Below are positions 1 through 9,860 of a stretch of 64,000 nucleotides of DNA, piece by piece. A program made the translations under genes and the position numbers. The notes beneath the pieces are model-generated. The model did not search any database. It saw only the letters and a program-made list of their open reading frames with translations, and was not told the DNA's origin. Source of the DNA: an uncultured Clostridium sp. (GTDB lineage: Bacteria; Bacillota; Clostridia; TANB77; CAG-508); NCBI GenBank assembly GCA_947648495.1, contig CANSOA010000002.1, positions 166,250 through 230,249 of the forward strand, given 5' to 3'. Each line of letters starts with the position of its first letter. Positions within the stretch are counted from its first letter, which is position 1.

Positions 1-239
1 TAATTTTCGATAAAGATAAACAAGATACACATGCAGGTGGTTCAGGTTGTGGTTGTAGTGCCAGTGTATTTAGTGGGTATATTTCTCATATGTTTAAAGA
101 GAAAAAATATCAAAAAATTCTTTTTATGCCAACTGGTGCGTTAATGAATTCAACAAGTTCACAACAAGGTGAAAGTATTCCCGGAATTGCTCATGCTGTG
201 GCAATTGAAGCACAATTTCCGTCGGATTTGCAAAATTAA
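1..239 (+). CDS. spoVAD: stage V sporulation protein AD (SpoVAD), C-terminal fragment running off the left edge
   Basis: An open frame from the window edge to TAA at 237-239 translates to ...DTHAGGSGCGCSASVFSGYISHMFKEKKYQKILFMPTGALMNSTSSQQGESIPGIAHAVAIEAQFP, typical of the SpoVAD C-terminus. It is followed immediately by spoVAE. Confidence 0.6.
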   Translation, partial: IFDKDKQDTHAGGSGCGCSASVFSGYISHMFKEKKYQKILFMPTGALMNSTSSQQGESIPGIAHAVAIEAQFPSDLQN

Positions 240-256
240 CAGAAAGGAGAAATTTT

Positions 257-625
257 ATGGATTGGATGATGGTTTTAAAAGCCTTTATTTTAGGTGGAAT
301 TTTATGTATCATTGGTCAAATTCTAATTGATAAAACAAAATTAACTCCAGCTCGTATTTTGGTTGCTTATGTGACTATTGGAGCCATTTTGGGTGGCTTG
401 GGTTGGTATAAATATTTAATTGATTGGGGTGGTTGTGGTGCAACAGTTCCTCTTACTGGTTTCGGAAATTTACTTTCCAAAGGAGCTATTGAAGAAGTAA
501 AATCAAGCGGGCTAATTGGTGCTTTTGTTGGTGGAACAAAAGCAGCCGCAGGTGGAATTGCGGCAGCGATTTTCTTTGGCTATATTGCATCTTTGGTGTC
601 AAAACCAAAAATCAAAAAACAATAA
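257..625 (+). CDS. spoVAE: stage V sporulation protein AE (SpoVAE)
   Basis: A 122-aa polytopic membrane protein (MDWMMVLKAFILGGILCIIGQ...GLIGAFVGGTKAAAGGIAAAIFFGY). It has the size, composition and synteny of SpoVAE directly after spoVAD, with a GGAGA ribosome-binding site upstream. Confidence 0.75.
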   Translation: MDWMMVLKAFILGGILCIIGQILIDKTKLTPARILVAYVTIGAILGGLGWYKYLIDWGGCGATVPLTGFGNLLSKGAIEEVKSSGLIGAFVGGTKAAAGGIAAAIFFGYIASLVSKPKIKKQ

Positions 626-636
626 AAGAGGTTATT

Positions 637-1347
637 ATGCAAGATATTTTAAAAGTTATAATTTTATCCATTGTTTCTGAAATCGTGTTGTTTATTTTAG
701 CAAAATTAATGGGAAACAAGGAAATCTCACAACTTAGTATGTTTGATTATGTAATTGGAATTACGATTGGTTCAATCGCGGCAGAAATGGCAACTGCTTT
801 GGAGTCAGATTACATGCAACCACTTGTTGCAATGATTGTATATGCACTTGTTGCCATTGCTATTTCTTTACTATGTGAAAAATCTTTAAAAGCACGACGA
901 TTTATTTATGGCAATTCCTTAGTTTTGTTGGATAACGGAAAATTATATCGAAAAAATTTTAAAACAGCAAAATTGGATTTAAATGAATTTCTCGTACAAT
1001 GTAGAGTAAATGGCTACTTTAATTTGTCTGAAGTAAAAACCGCTATTTTGGAAACAAATGGCAAAATTAGCTTTTTGCCAAAAAGCATCAATCGCCCTAC
1101 AACACCTGCTGATTTTAACATGGCTCCTGAGCCAGCTAGCTTGGATGTTAATTTGATTGTCGATGGGCGAATTTTACATGAAAATTTACAGGCTTGTGGT
1201 CATGATGAAATGTGGCTTCAAAAACAATTGGTTTCACAAGGTTTTGAAAAGCCAGAGCAAATCTTTTTGGCAACTTTGGATAGGCAAGACAATTTGAGTA
1301 TTTATGAAAATACGGATTTGAAAAGTTCGCATGATTTTTTTGAATAA
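637..1347 (+). CDS. DUF421 (YetF-like) membrane protein
   Basis: A 236-aa ORF with an AAAGAGG ribosome-binding site. It has two N-terminal transmembrane segments followed by a soluble domain, matching the DUF421 architecture often found next to spoVA operons. Confidence 0.55.
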   Translation: MQDILKVIILSIVSEIVLFILAKLMGNKEISQLSMFDYVIGITIGSIAAEMATALESDYMQPLVAMIVYALVAIAISLLCEKSLKARRFIYGNSLVLLDNGKLYRKNFKTAKLDLNEFLVQCRVNGYFNLSEVKTAILETNGKISFLPKSINRPTTPADFNMAPEPASLDVNLIVDGRILHENLQACGHDEMWLQKQLVSQGFEKPEQIFLATLDRQDNLSIYENTDLKSSHDFFE

Positions 1348-1358
1348 TTTTTTAAAAA

Positions 1359-2334
1359 TTACCCATTAAACATGACTAAACTTACCATATACAAAGCATA
1401 AATAAACACAAATGGCACTCCATTTCCTCGTGTCATTTTGTTTTTTACACCTACAAATGGAAACAAGCTTAGCATAATGGTCCCTAAAATTAACACAATC
1501 ATGTATTTGTTATAACTTACGGCGTAATTAATTGGACACAAAAATGCAGATGTTCCAATAATCAGCAAAATATTAAAAATTTGCGAACCTAAAATATTGC
1601 CAATTGCCATATCCGTTTCGCCCTTACGCGTAGCCGTAATAGACGTGATTAATTCAGGTAAACTGGTGCTGATAGCTACAATTGTTAAACTAATCAATTC
1701 CTCACTAATACCAAATGCTTCTGCAATTGCAACACAAGAATTGACTACTAAATCTCCTCCCAATTTTAGACCAATAATACCAATAATTACATCAAAAATA
1801 GCTTTCAAAATATTGACTGAATTTTGTGCTTCCGTAGTTTCTCCTGCATTTTCTGCATCAAAACTTTCCCCTTTTTTTGCCATAACGATATTGTAAAGAA
1901 TATACATTGCACAAAGTGCTAGCAAGATAATTCCTTCTGTTTTTGTGATTAAATGTGCATTTTCTGTATTACCATTATTGCATAAAACAAATAAAAGTAT
2001 GGTTACCAATAAAGTGATTGGATTTTCAATTAGTCTGGTTTGTTTTTTAAATTCTAGTGGTTTAATTATTGAACAAATTCCCAATATCAAAAACATATTG
2101 GCAATGTTGCTTCCCACAACATTACCAACTGCAATGTCAGAATGTCCTTCTAACGCAGATGTAACACTTACAACAAGTTCTGGCATGGATGTTCCAATTG
2201 CTACAATGGTAAGTCCGAATGACGATTTCTGGAATATGAAATCTTTTTGCAATACTGCTTGCGCCGTCGACCAAAAAATCAGCTCCTTTGACAAGCAATA
2301 TAAATCCTATGATGATCCATATAATATCTAACAT
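1359..2334 (-). pseudogene. Ca2+/Na+ antiporter (CaCA family, YrbG-like), disrupted by a 1-nt frameshift near 2212-2216 as assembled
   Basis: The N-terminus MLDIIWIIIGFILLVKGADFLVDGASSIAKRFHIPEIVI (frame of 2137..2334) continues as GLTIVAIGTSMPELVVS...STSLPELITS (both alpha-repeat motifs) only in the frame of 1359..2294. The frame switch lies at plus-strand tccgaat and is not in a homopolymer. Confidence 0.65.
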
Positions 2335-2375
2335 AATTTTTTCTCCTTTTTAATCTATATCGCATAATTTCAAAA

Positions 2376-3074
2376 TTATTCATTAACTAAAATAATTTTT
2401 CCTGCTTCTTCTTCATTTAAATAACCTTGTCTTATCATTTTTCTGACGACCTGTCCTTGACGTTGTCTGGCAAGTTCTGGATTTTTCGTTGGTGCATACA
2501 CAGATGGTGCATTTGGAATTCCAGCAAGTAGTGTACATTCATACAAATTCATATCTTTTGGCATTTTATCAAAATATCCTTCTGACGCTTCTTTTACGCA
2601 ATAATAGCCATCTCCAAAATAGGAAGTGTTAACATACAATTCAAAAATTTCTTCTTTGGAGCATTGTTTTTCAATATCAATTGCCATGAAAATTTCGGCA
2701 ATCTTGCGTGTAACTTTCTTTTCTTGTGTAAAATAGATATTTTTTGCAAGTTGTTGCGTAATAGTGCTTCCTCCTTCTTTAAATTGCATTTCTTTTAGAT
2801 CAATCAAAATCGCTCTTGTAATGCTGATTAAATCAAATCCTTTATGTTTTAAAAATCGCTTATCTTCTACTGCAACAACAGCATTAACATAGTTTTCTGG
2901 TAATTCATCATAAGTTGTATAATTTTCGTTTGATTTAATTTCCGCAATTTTTTCCACAATACTCATTCTTTCAAGCACTTCTAGATACAAATCATATCCT
3001 TGTTTTGTAAAATAACTCGCAATTCCAATAGCTATGACAATTATTACAAATATTAATTTCTTTAGTAGTTTCAT
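2376..3074 (-). CDS. monofunctional biosynthetic peptidoglycan glycosyltransferase (GT51)
   Basis: GT51 motifs EDKRFLKHKGFD and GGSTITQQLAKN are present. Start chosen at MKLLKKLIFVIIVIAIG (signal anchor) with a GGAGA ribosome-binding site; the longer ORF to 3134 lacks one. Confidence 0.7.
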   Translation of the reverse strand: MKLLKKLIFVIIVIAIGIASYFTKQGYDLYLEVLERMSIVEKIAEIKSNENYTTYDELPENYVNAVVAVEDKRFLKHKGFDLISITRAILIDLKEMQFKEGGSTITQQLAKNIYFTQEKKVTRKIAEIFMAIDIEKQCSKEEIFELYVNTSYFGDGYYCVKEASEGYFDKMPKDMNLYECTLLAGIPNAPSVYAPTKNPELARQRQGQVVRKMIRQGYLNEEEAGKIILVNE

Positions 3075-3164
3075 TGATTCTCCTATTTTTATAAGTTTGT
3101 TTTTTATTATATATTTTTTTTGAAATTTTGACAAGATAGTTTTAAAGATTTTTTAATTTATGTA

Positions 3165-3196
3165 AAAAGCTCTGATTTTATTCCATCAGAGCTTTT
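3165..3196. terminator. hairpin AAAAGCTCTGAT-n8-ATCAGAGCTTTT between the divergent GT51 gene and murE
   Basis: Perfect 12-nt inverted repeat with an A-run on one side and a T-run on the other, giving terminator-like geometry on both strands. Confidence 0.4.
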
Positions 3197-3431
3197 TATA
3201 AAGTGTGTATAAAAAAATAGTACTATAAACGCCACGTCGATATTGTGGCAGTGAAAGTCAAAAGAAATAAGAATTTTTCTTATTTTTAAAATAACTTTGC
3301 TTATTTATATTTTACCATATTTTACATAAACTGTCAAGTGTTTTTAACTTTATATCGTTCCTCCCCACTTTACAAATCTGCATAACTTGTTATATAATAA
3401 ATTCAAATTGAAACGAAAGGATAATAACCAT

Positions 3432-4937
3432 ATGAAATTAAACAAACTTATCTCTTCTGTTGATGTAAAAAATATGATCGGTGATTTAGGTTTAGAGATT
3501 ACCAACATTCATTCCGACTCAAGAAAAATAAAAGAAGGAGGGCTTTTTGTTGCCATTAATGGATTTTCAAAAAATGGTGTTGAATTTATTCCTTCTGCCA
3601 TTGAAAACGGTGCAAAAGCAATCATTGTAGAGCCAGATGTGGACATCTACTCTCTTAATATTGGCTCAGAAATTCCTATTATTTCTGTTCAAAATACAAG
3701 AAAAGCTCTTGCACAAATTGCTTGTGAATTTTATGAACATCCCTCTAAAAAATTAAAACTAATTGGTGTAACTGGAACCAAAGGTAAAACAACGACTACT
3801 TTTATGATAAAATCCATATTAGAGACACATGGTTTTAAAGTAGGATTAATTGGAAGTATCGCTATCTATATAAACGGAGAAAAAATCGAAGATACGGACA
3901 GGACAACTCCTGAAAGTATTGAAATTCAAAAATTTTTAAGCCAAATGGTGGAACAAAAAACAGATGTCGCTATTGTTGAAGTTTCTTCTCAAGCTACCAA
4001 ACTTGACCGTGTAACTGGCTGTGACTTTGATATTGGGGTTTTTACAAATCTTAGCGAAGACCACATTAGCCCCAAAGAGCATCCTAATATGGAAGATTAT
4101 TTTAACTGCAAATTAGAACTTTTAAAAATGGCAAAATATGCTATTATCAATAACGATGATGAAAAACTTAGAACCATTCCAAATCTGTTGCCAAATAAGC
4201 CAATCAAAACCTTTAGCATTGATAATCTTTCGGATATTCAAGCAAATAGCAAGGATGTTGTTATCACCGATTCATATATTGATTTTACAATTGATTACAA
4301 TCATAAGAAAGAAAGAATTGAAGCCACAATTCCGGGAAAATTCAGTGTGTATAATAGCTTAGGAGCTATCGCAGTCGCTTCCTATTTTGACGTTCCAGCA
4401 GAAGAAATCCGCACAAGCTTAAAAGATTTACGTGTACTTGGTAGAAGTGAGCTTGTACCAAATAAATTAGGACTTTCCATTATGATTGATTATGCTCATA
4501 CTCCTTCTAGTTTGGAAAGCATTTTAACCGCTGTCAATTCGTACGCAAAAGGGCGTGTTATTTGTGCTTGGGGCGTTGGCGGTGATCGTGATAGTGCTAA
4601 AAGACCAATTATGGGTGAGATTTCTGGTCGTTTAGCTGATTTTACAGTTCTTATGTCCGATCAAGTTCGCACAGAAGCTCCTTTAAAGATATTAAAAGAA
4701 ATTGAAGTGGGCATTATACCAACTGGAAAACCGTATAAAATTATTGTTGATAGAACAGAAGGAATCCGTTATGCTATTTCAATTGCAAAACCTGATGATA
4801 TTATTGTTATTCCCGGTCTTGGACATGATTTATATTTGGAGAAAAATGGTGTGAAATATCCATATGATGAACGTAAAATAATTAGCAAGTTAATTGATGA
4901 AATGATTGAAAATGGAGAAAAACAATTGTTAAAGTAA
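3432..4937 (+). CDS. murE: UDP-N-acetylmuramoyl-L-alanyl-D-glutamate--2,6-diaminopimelate ligase (MurE)
   Basis: Mur ligase P-loop GVTGTKGKTTTT and full-length MurE-like domain order. Start at MKLNKLISS with an AAAGGA ribosome-binding site. Confidence 0.85.
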   Translation: MKLNKLISSVDVKNMIGDLGLEITNIHSDSRKIKEGGLFVAINGFSKNGVEFIPSAIENGAKAIIVEPDVDIYSLNIGSEIPIISVQNTRKALAQIACEFYEHPSKKLKLIGVTGTKGKTTTTFMIKSILETHGFKVGLIGSIAIYINGEKIEDTDRTTPESIEIQKFLSQMVEQKTDVAIVEVSSQATKLDRVTGCDFDIGVFTNLSEDHISPKEHPNMEDYFNCKLELLKMAKYAIINNDDEKLRTIPNLLPNKPIKTFSIDNLSDIQANSKDVVITDSYIDFTIDYNHKKERIEATIPGKFSVYNSLGAIAVASYFDVPAEEIRTSLKDLRVLGRSELVPNKLGLSIMIDYAHTPSSLESILTAVNSYAKGRVICAWGVGGDRDSAKRPIMGEISGRLADFTVLMSDQVRTEAPLKILKEIEVGIIPTGKPYKIIVDRTEGIRYAISIAKPDDIIVIPGLGHDLYLEKNGVKYPYDERKIISKLIDEMIENGEKQLLK

Positions 4938-4979
4938 AAAATACCCTCTTTTTATTATTTGGGTAAGCGAACTTAAAAT

Positions 4980-5020
4980 AAACCTCATCTCTGCTTTAGA
5001 GCGTTGAGATGAGGTTTATT
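4980..5020. terminator. bidirectional intrinsic terminator between convergent murE and the pdaA-like gene
   Basis: AAACCTCATCTC-n14-GAGATGAGGTTT: a perfect 12-bp stem followed by a T-rich tract. Confidence 0.6.
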
Positions 5021-5115
5021 ATTTATGATGGCAATCACATAACTGTGACACCTTGTTTTATTAATTTAATTATAAGATTTTTTACCAATTTTTCAATTAC
5101 TTTTGTTCCACACTT

Positions 5116-5902
5116 CTACTTCTCAAATTCGTCTAATGATTTAAATTCATATCCCATGTCTTTTGCTTCTTTTATCAAGCTATCTAACATGGTTAAATTA
5201 TCTTCAGATGTGCTGTGTAATAAAATAATGGCTCCATTGTGAAGATTGTCTAACACTTTCTTTTTACCATAATCGCTTCTTCCTTGTTTGGATTGGTCCC
5301 AATCGTCATAGGCATTGGACCATAATACACTTGTATAGCCTAATGTTTCTACAATATTTGCTGTTCTTTCACTGAATTCTCCTCTTGGTGGTCTAAAATA
5401 CGTCATTTCGTAACCTGTGACTTCATATACACTATTATGCAATTTCATGATTTCTTCTTTGATTTCATCATCAGAAAGTCCCGGCAAACAGGCATGATTA
5501 ACCGTATGATTTCCAACAACATTTCCATTTTGAATCATTTGCTTGACTAAATCAGTTGCTGTATTGACGTAATGTGCTGTGATGAAAAAAGTCGCTGATA
5601 CATCATTTTCTTTTAGAACTTTTAGAATATCTTCTGTATAACCTGCTTCATATCCTGCATCAAACGTCAGGTAAACATACTTTTTTTCTGGATTTCCCAT
5701 TGCAATTCCGATTAAATTTTTCAATTACTTTTAAACTTTCACTATCTAAAACAGCTTGCTGATGATTTTCACCTCTTCTAAAGCCCCAAGCTAATGTTTC
5801 ATTGCTGAGTTCAGAACCTGCTTGTGAAGCAATTGAAAATTGCATAATACTAACCACTAATATTAAACAAATAAAACTATATCTTATCAGTCTGTCTTTC
5901 AT
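5116..5902 (-). pseudogene. pdaA: delta-lactam-biosynthetic polysaccharide deacetylase (PdaA-like, NodB domain), split by a frameshift in a T5/A5 run at 5716-5720 as assembled
   Basis: The signal peptide plus ...ETLAWGFRRGENHQQAVLDSESLKVIEKF (frame of 5660..5902) continues as NLIGIAMGNPEKKYVYLTFDAGYEAGYT... (frame of 5116..5724). Together they reconstitute a PdaA-like protein. AAAGGAGG ribosome-binding site before 5902. Confidence 0.65.
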
Positions 5903-5973
5903 TTTTTTCCTCCTTTGCTTATAAGATATTCTGTTTTATTTAAAATATGAAAAAATAGTAAGCAAAAAACTTA

Positions 5974-6135
5974 CTATTCTTCCTTTTTTTTCTTCTCATT
6001 TTCTTTTTCTCTATAAAACTGAGCTATTAGCTCGTCTAATTTTAAACTTAGTTTGTAGATTTCCTCTTTATCTTTTCCTTCTTCTATGCTTTTGTTTAAT
6101 TTATCTCTCAATTTACAAATTTCATCATTTATCAT
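5974..6135 (-). CDS. Spo0E-like sporulation regulatory protein (53 aa), not in the ORF track
   Basis: Hand translation gives MINDEICKLRDKLNKSIEEGKDKEEIYKLSLKLDELIAQFYREKENEKKKKEE. The (S)xxLDELI motif and size fit the Spo0E family. GGAGTG ribosome-binding site 7 nt upstream; a hairpin terminator (TAGTAAG/CTTACTA) follows. Confidence 0.45.
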   Translation of the reverse strand: MINDEICKLRDKLNKSIEEGKDKEEIYKLSLKLDELIAQFYREKENEKKKKEE

Positions 6136-6322
6136 AACTCATCACTCCTTTTTTAGAATTAGGAAATTTTCTCGTAAGTTACAATGCAAAAAAATCATAA
6201 ATTATATAAACCAACGATAGAATTTTTAATTCTCTATTTACTATAATTTCAAAATACCATATTTATTTGTCAATGTCAATAAAAAAACAACAAATAACGT
6301 ACTTTTTCATAGACTTTTTTCA

Positions 6323-7123
6323 TCATTTTGAACGATGTCCTCCCTTATCTATGTATTTTTTGCGTTTTTTCAACAGCATTCCCCCAAATACTACAAAAAT
6401 CGCAAGTGACAAAATCTGTGAAATTCTGAAATTTCCCAACATTAAACTATCGATTCTTACACCTTCTATCAACATTCGAATTCCAGCATATAAAAACAAA
6501 TAAAAATAGCAAATTTCTCCTTTAAATTTTCTATTTTTTTGTAAAATTCTTAAAATTACAAAAATAAACATTGTCGCAATTGATTCATATAAAAAGGCTG
6601 GATGGACTTCTTTGTATCCTTTTATGGTATGAATTCCCATTCTAAATATATTATTGGTTTGGGTTCCATAGGCTTCTTGATTAAAAAAATTCCCCCATCT
6701 TCCAATGGATTGCGCCAATGCTACAAAAGGAGCTATATAATCAAAAAAATCTAAAAAATTAACTTTGTATTTTTGACATCTTTTTATAATTACTAAACCA
6801 CCTGCAATTAATCCTCCATAAATCGCCAAACCACCCTTTCTTATATTAAATATGTCATTTAATGATATATGACCATTTTTCCATTGAAATGCAACATAGT
6901 AAATCCTAGCGCCGATTAAGCCTATAAATACGGCTATCATCAGACTTTCAAACACAAAATCAAAATGAATTCCAAATTTTTCCTTTGACTGATGACACAA
7001 AAAAAGGGATAAAAGAATTCCTCCAACAATACAAATCGCATAATAATAGATATTAATCCCAAATAATTCAAATGCAATGGGCTGAATCAAAAAAGATAAT
7101 TTTAGAGCTGGAAAATTAACCAT
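6323..7123 (-). CDS. lgt: prolipoprotein diacylglyceryl transferase
   Basis: GRWGNFFNQE signature, a 7-TM profile and an AAAGGAGG ribosome-binding site. Confidence 0.85.
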   Translation of the reverse strand: MVNFPALKLSFLIQPIAFELFGINIYYYAICIVGGILLSLFLCHQSKEKFGIHFDFVFESLMIAVFIGLIGARIYYVAFQWKNGHISLNDIFNIRKGGLAIYGGLIAGGLVIIKRCQKYKVNFLDFFDYIAPFVALAQSIGRWGNFFNQEAYGTQTNNIFRMGIHTIKGYKEVHPAFLYESIATMFIFVILRILQKNRKFKGEICYFYLFLYAGIRMLIEGVRIDSLMLGNFRISQILSLAIFVVFGGMLLKKRKKYIDKGGHRSK

Positions 7124-7135
7124 TTTTCCTCCTTT

Positions 7136-7162
7136 GTAGGGGCGATTGATAATCGCCCCTAC
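7136..7162. repeat. intercistronic palindrome GTAGGGGCGATT-gat-AATCGCCCCTAC (copy 1 of 3)
   Basis: Perfect 12-bp inverted repeat between the stop of the M16 gene and the lgt ribosome-binding site. Related copies at 29988-30013 and 31519-31544. Confidence 0.6.
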
Positions 7163-7163
7163 G

Positions 7164-8429
7164 TTATTTTGATTTTACAATAGAAACAACCTTTTTGTCT
7201 TTTTGGAATACCATATTTAATATTTGCATCACATATTCTTTGTCTAATCCCTTAAATTCTTCAAAATAATCTAATGGATTAATAGCTCGGAAATAATTTT
7301 GAACAAAACTTGTGGCAATATTTCCTGCATCATTATAACTTTTGACAAACTCACCATACAATTTTTTCTTAATTCGCTCAAATTCTTCATCTTGAATTCC
7401 GTTTTTCTTTAAATCTTCAATTCCCTCTTCCAGTTTAGAAATAACATCATTATACTCTTGACTTTGCCCTTGAATTAGAACATGTGAATAAATTTTGCTA
7501 TTTTCATAAATAAAAGTTGGCTCAGATTGCAAAATTCCTTCTTCATATAAACTTTGATACAATTTTGTACTATCTCCAATTAAAATATTAAAAATAATAT
7601 CAAGTGCTAAATCTTTCTTAATTTGATTTTCGCAAAGATTTGTATCTTTATAACCAATCATAAAAAGTGGCATGCTAATGTTCATTTCTGCTTCCATTTT
7701 GTCTTTTACGATTTCTTCTGGCTCGTCTTCATAAATCCTTTTTACAGTTTCTTTGGCATTTTCCAAAGTCATTCTTTTTTCGATTTCTTGGATTACTTTT
7801 TCTGGCTCAAAATCCCCACAAACTACAATTGCCATTTTGTCTGGTCGATAAAATGCTTGGTAAGCCTCGTATAGTTTTTCTTTAGTGATTTCGGCAATGG
7901 TTTCTTTGGTTCCTGCAACATCAATGTTAATTGGATTTTTATGATACATGGCTTTCATGGCATTCATGTAAAGTTTCCAATCTGGATAATCGTCATACAT
8001 CATAATCTCTTGTTCGATAATCCCACGTTCTTTTTCGACGTTTTCATCTGTAAAATAGGGATTTTGTACATAATTCATAAATTCGTCTAAGCCTTCCCAA
8101 AATTTATTATTGTTATCTTCAAAAAGATAGGCTGTGTGATTATTGGTCGTATAGGCATTGGCGTTAACTCCCATGCTGGATAAGACATCTAAACTGTTAG
8201 TACCATTTTCTTGTTCAAAAAGTTTGTGTTCCATATAATGCGCAATTCCGTCTGGAACTGTAATTTCCTTATTTCCTACCATAAATTTATGATCAATAGA
8301 ACCATAATTAACGCCCCAAATAATGTATTTTTTTTGTGTCTTTTTGGGGATAACAATCACTTTCAATCCATTGGATAATTTTTCAATATATATTTTTTCT
8401 TGAATTTTATCATTTTCTATAATTTGCAT
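7164..8429 (-). CDS. M16 family zinc peptidase (active subunit, HxxEH)
   Basis: Inverted zinc-binding motif HYMEHKLFE. Start at MQIIENDK with GAGGGGG upstream; its start overlaps the upstream stop (TGAAATG), indicating translational coupling. Confidence 0.75.
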   Translation of the reverse strand: MQIIENDKIQEKIYIEKLSNGLKVIVIPKKTQKKYIIWGVNYGSIDHKFMVGNKEITVPDGIAHYMEHKLFEQENGTNSLDVLSSMGVNANAYTTNNHTAYLFEDNNNKFWEGLDEFMNYVQNPYFTDENVEKERGIIEQEIMMYDDYPDWKLYMNAMKAMYHKNPINIDVAGTKETIAEITKEKLYEAYQAFYRPDKMAIVVCGDFEPEKVIQEIEKRMTLENAKETVKRIYEDEPEEIVKDKMEAEMNISMPLFMIGYKDTNLCENQIKKDLALDIIFNILIGDSTKLYQSLYEEGILQSEPTFIYENSKIYSHVLIQGQSQEYNDVISKLEEGIEDLKKNGIQDEEFERIKKKLYGEFVKSYNDAGNIATSFVQNYFRAINPLDYFEEFKGLDKEYVMQILNMVFQKDKKVVSIVKSK

Positions 8430-8430
8430 T

Positions 8431-9721
8431 TCATTTTTCCCCCTCATCTCTTAAAAAATAAATTGTATGAATGTTAATACTATTTGCAATTTCTATGATG
8501 TCTTCTCTTGTGATGGATTCAATTATTTTGGCATATTCTTCAATTGTTACATTGGTTTTTGAAATTTCTTGCCCGATATAATAAATGATGCCTGTGTCTT
8601 GTTCTGTTTCGATGGCAACAATTCCAGATTTAATATATTCTTTGGCAGAGGTGATGTCTTCATCTGAAAATTCACCTTTTTTCATAATCTCAAGTTGGTC
8701 TTTGATTAGACCGACTGCCTTCTCAAAATTTGGTATTTCAATTCCCGCTCGAATAAAAATATTGGCTTTTTGTTTGACATACATACTTTTAATCGAATAC
8801 GCCAAACTTTCTTTTTCCCTTACATTTTGGAATAGCAATGAATTGGCTCCGCTTCCTAAAATCATGTTATACAGCAATGTTTTAAATTGCACATTTTCCA
8901 CATTTGAATTTACATCCATTCCAAGTACTAATTTTCCTTGTGTAACATCCATTTTTTCTATAATTTCAGCAACGTTTTCCACATTTTGTTTTCCTTCTGT
9001 GAATTCATTATTTAAAACATAATTCTCAATTCTTGGACGCAATTTTTGGATATTTTTATCGTTTAAAATGATATTTTTTACATTTTTTTCTTCAAAATCA
9101 CCTGATACAAACAAATCAATTTTGCAATTTTGAATTAAATTTTCATAATGCTGGGTCAAATTATCCACATTGATATTTTCTAAATCTTCTAAATAACCAT
9201 ATTTATATAATCCAAAACCGCTCATCACCATACATTTTGGAAATGCAGGTTTCGTAGGCATACAAATCTTTATCATCGATTTTGCTTTCTATGATTTTTG
9301 CCAAATTTTCTTTCTCGATTTTCAAATATTCTTCTTTAAATTTACCGTTTTCCAATAGTGGATTGCACATAATATCAAGCAAAATATGAATGGTATTTTG
9401 CAAAATTTCCTCTTCATTTAAAGCAAATTTGTCATTAATCGAATCAATGTAAAAACGCAAAATTTGATTGTCACCATATTTATCTATTCCGCATTCAAAT
9501 GAGGCTCCATATAGGTTTTCTAAAGCGCAACTCAAATCCAATTGCGTTTTTAAATTAGCGGTTCCACGTCTTAACATACTAACAATTAAAGCATTTTTTG
9601 TAACATTTTCACGTGTCAAAGGTACTGTGATAATGCCTGCTATCATATTGGTTTTAAACAAATTTGTCTTTATCAAATGTGCTTTAATCCCCTGTTTTAT
9701 CTCAAAATCTTTTTTCTCCAT
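8431..9721 (-). pseudogene. M16 family peptidase-like protein (no HxxEH, likely inactive partner), frameshift in an A4/T4 run near 9214-9217 as assembled
   Basis: The N-terminal part ...CISKMYGDERF (9203..9721) continues as GLYKYGYLEDLENI... (8431..9276) after removing one T. Combined length about 430 aa. Confidence 0.6.
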
Positions 9722-9860
9722 TTATTCCCAACTCCTTGTCTTTCTTATTATTATAATTTTTTGAAAATTTATACATGAACAATTATATCATGAAGGGAAA
9801 TTTTTGAAAAGGAAAAATACAGCGAAAATAAAATTTATTTTCACTGTATTTTAATTTTCT

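Noticed and set aside
1597-2331. Plus-strand ORFs 1597..1896 and 1945..2331 antisense to the antiporter gene
   Set aside because: They lie entirely inside a well-supported minus-strand membrane-protein gene. They have low-complexity composition and no ribosome-binding site, typical of AT-rich antisense ORFs.
3165-3196. Treating the 12-bp hairpin as the terminator of the GT51 gene or murE
   Set aside because: It sits between divergent start codons, so it cannot terminate either gene. It is retained only as a structural hairpin or possible small-RNA terminator, with low confidence.
4138-4362. Small ORFs nested in murE, clpB, tadB/C and similar genes (for example 4138..4362, 35969..36415, 51655..52077)
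   Set aside because: They lie in alternative frames of strongly supported genes, without ribosome-binding sites.
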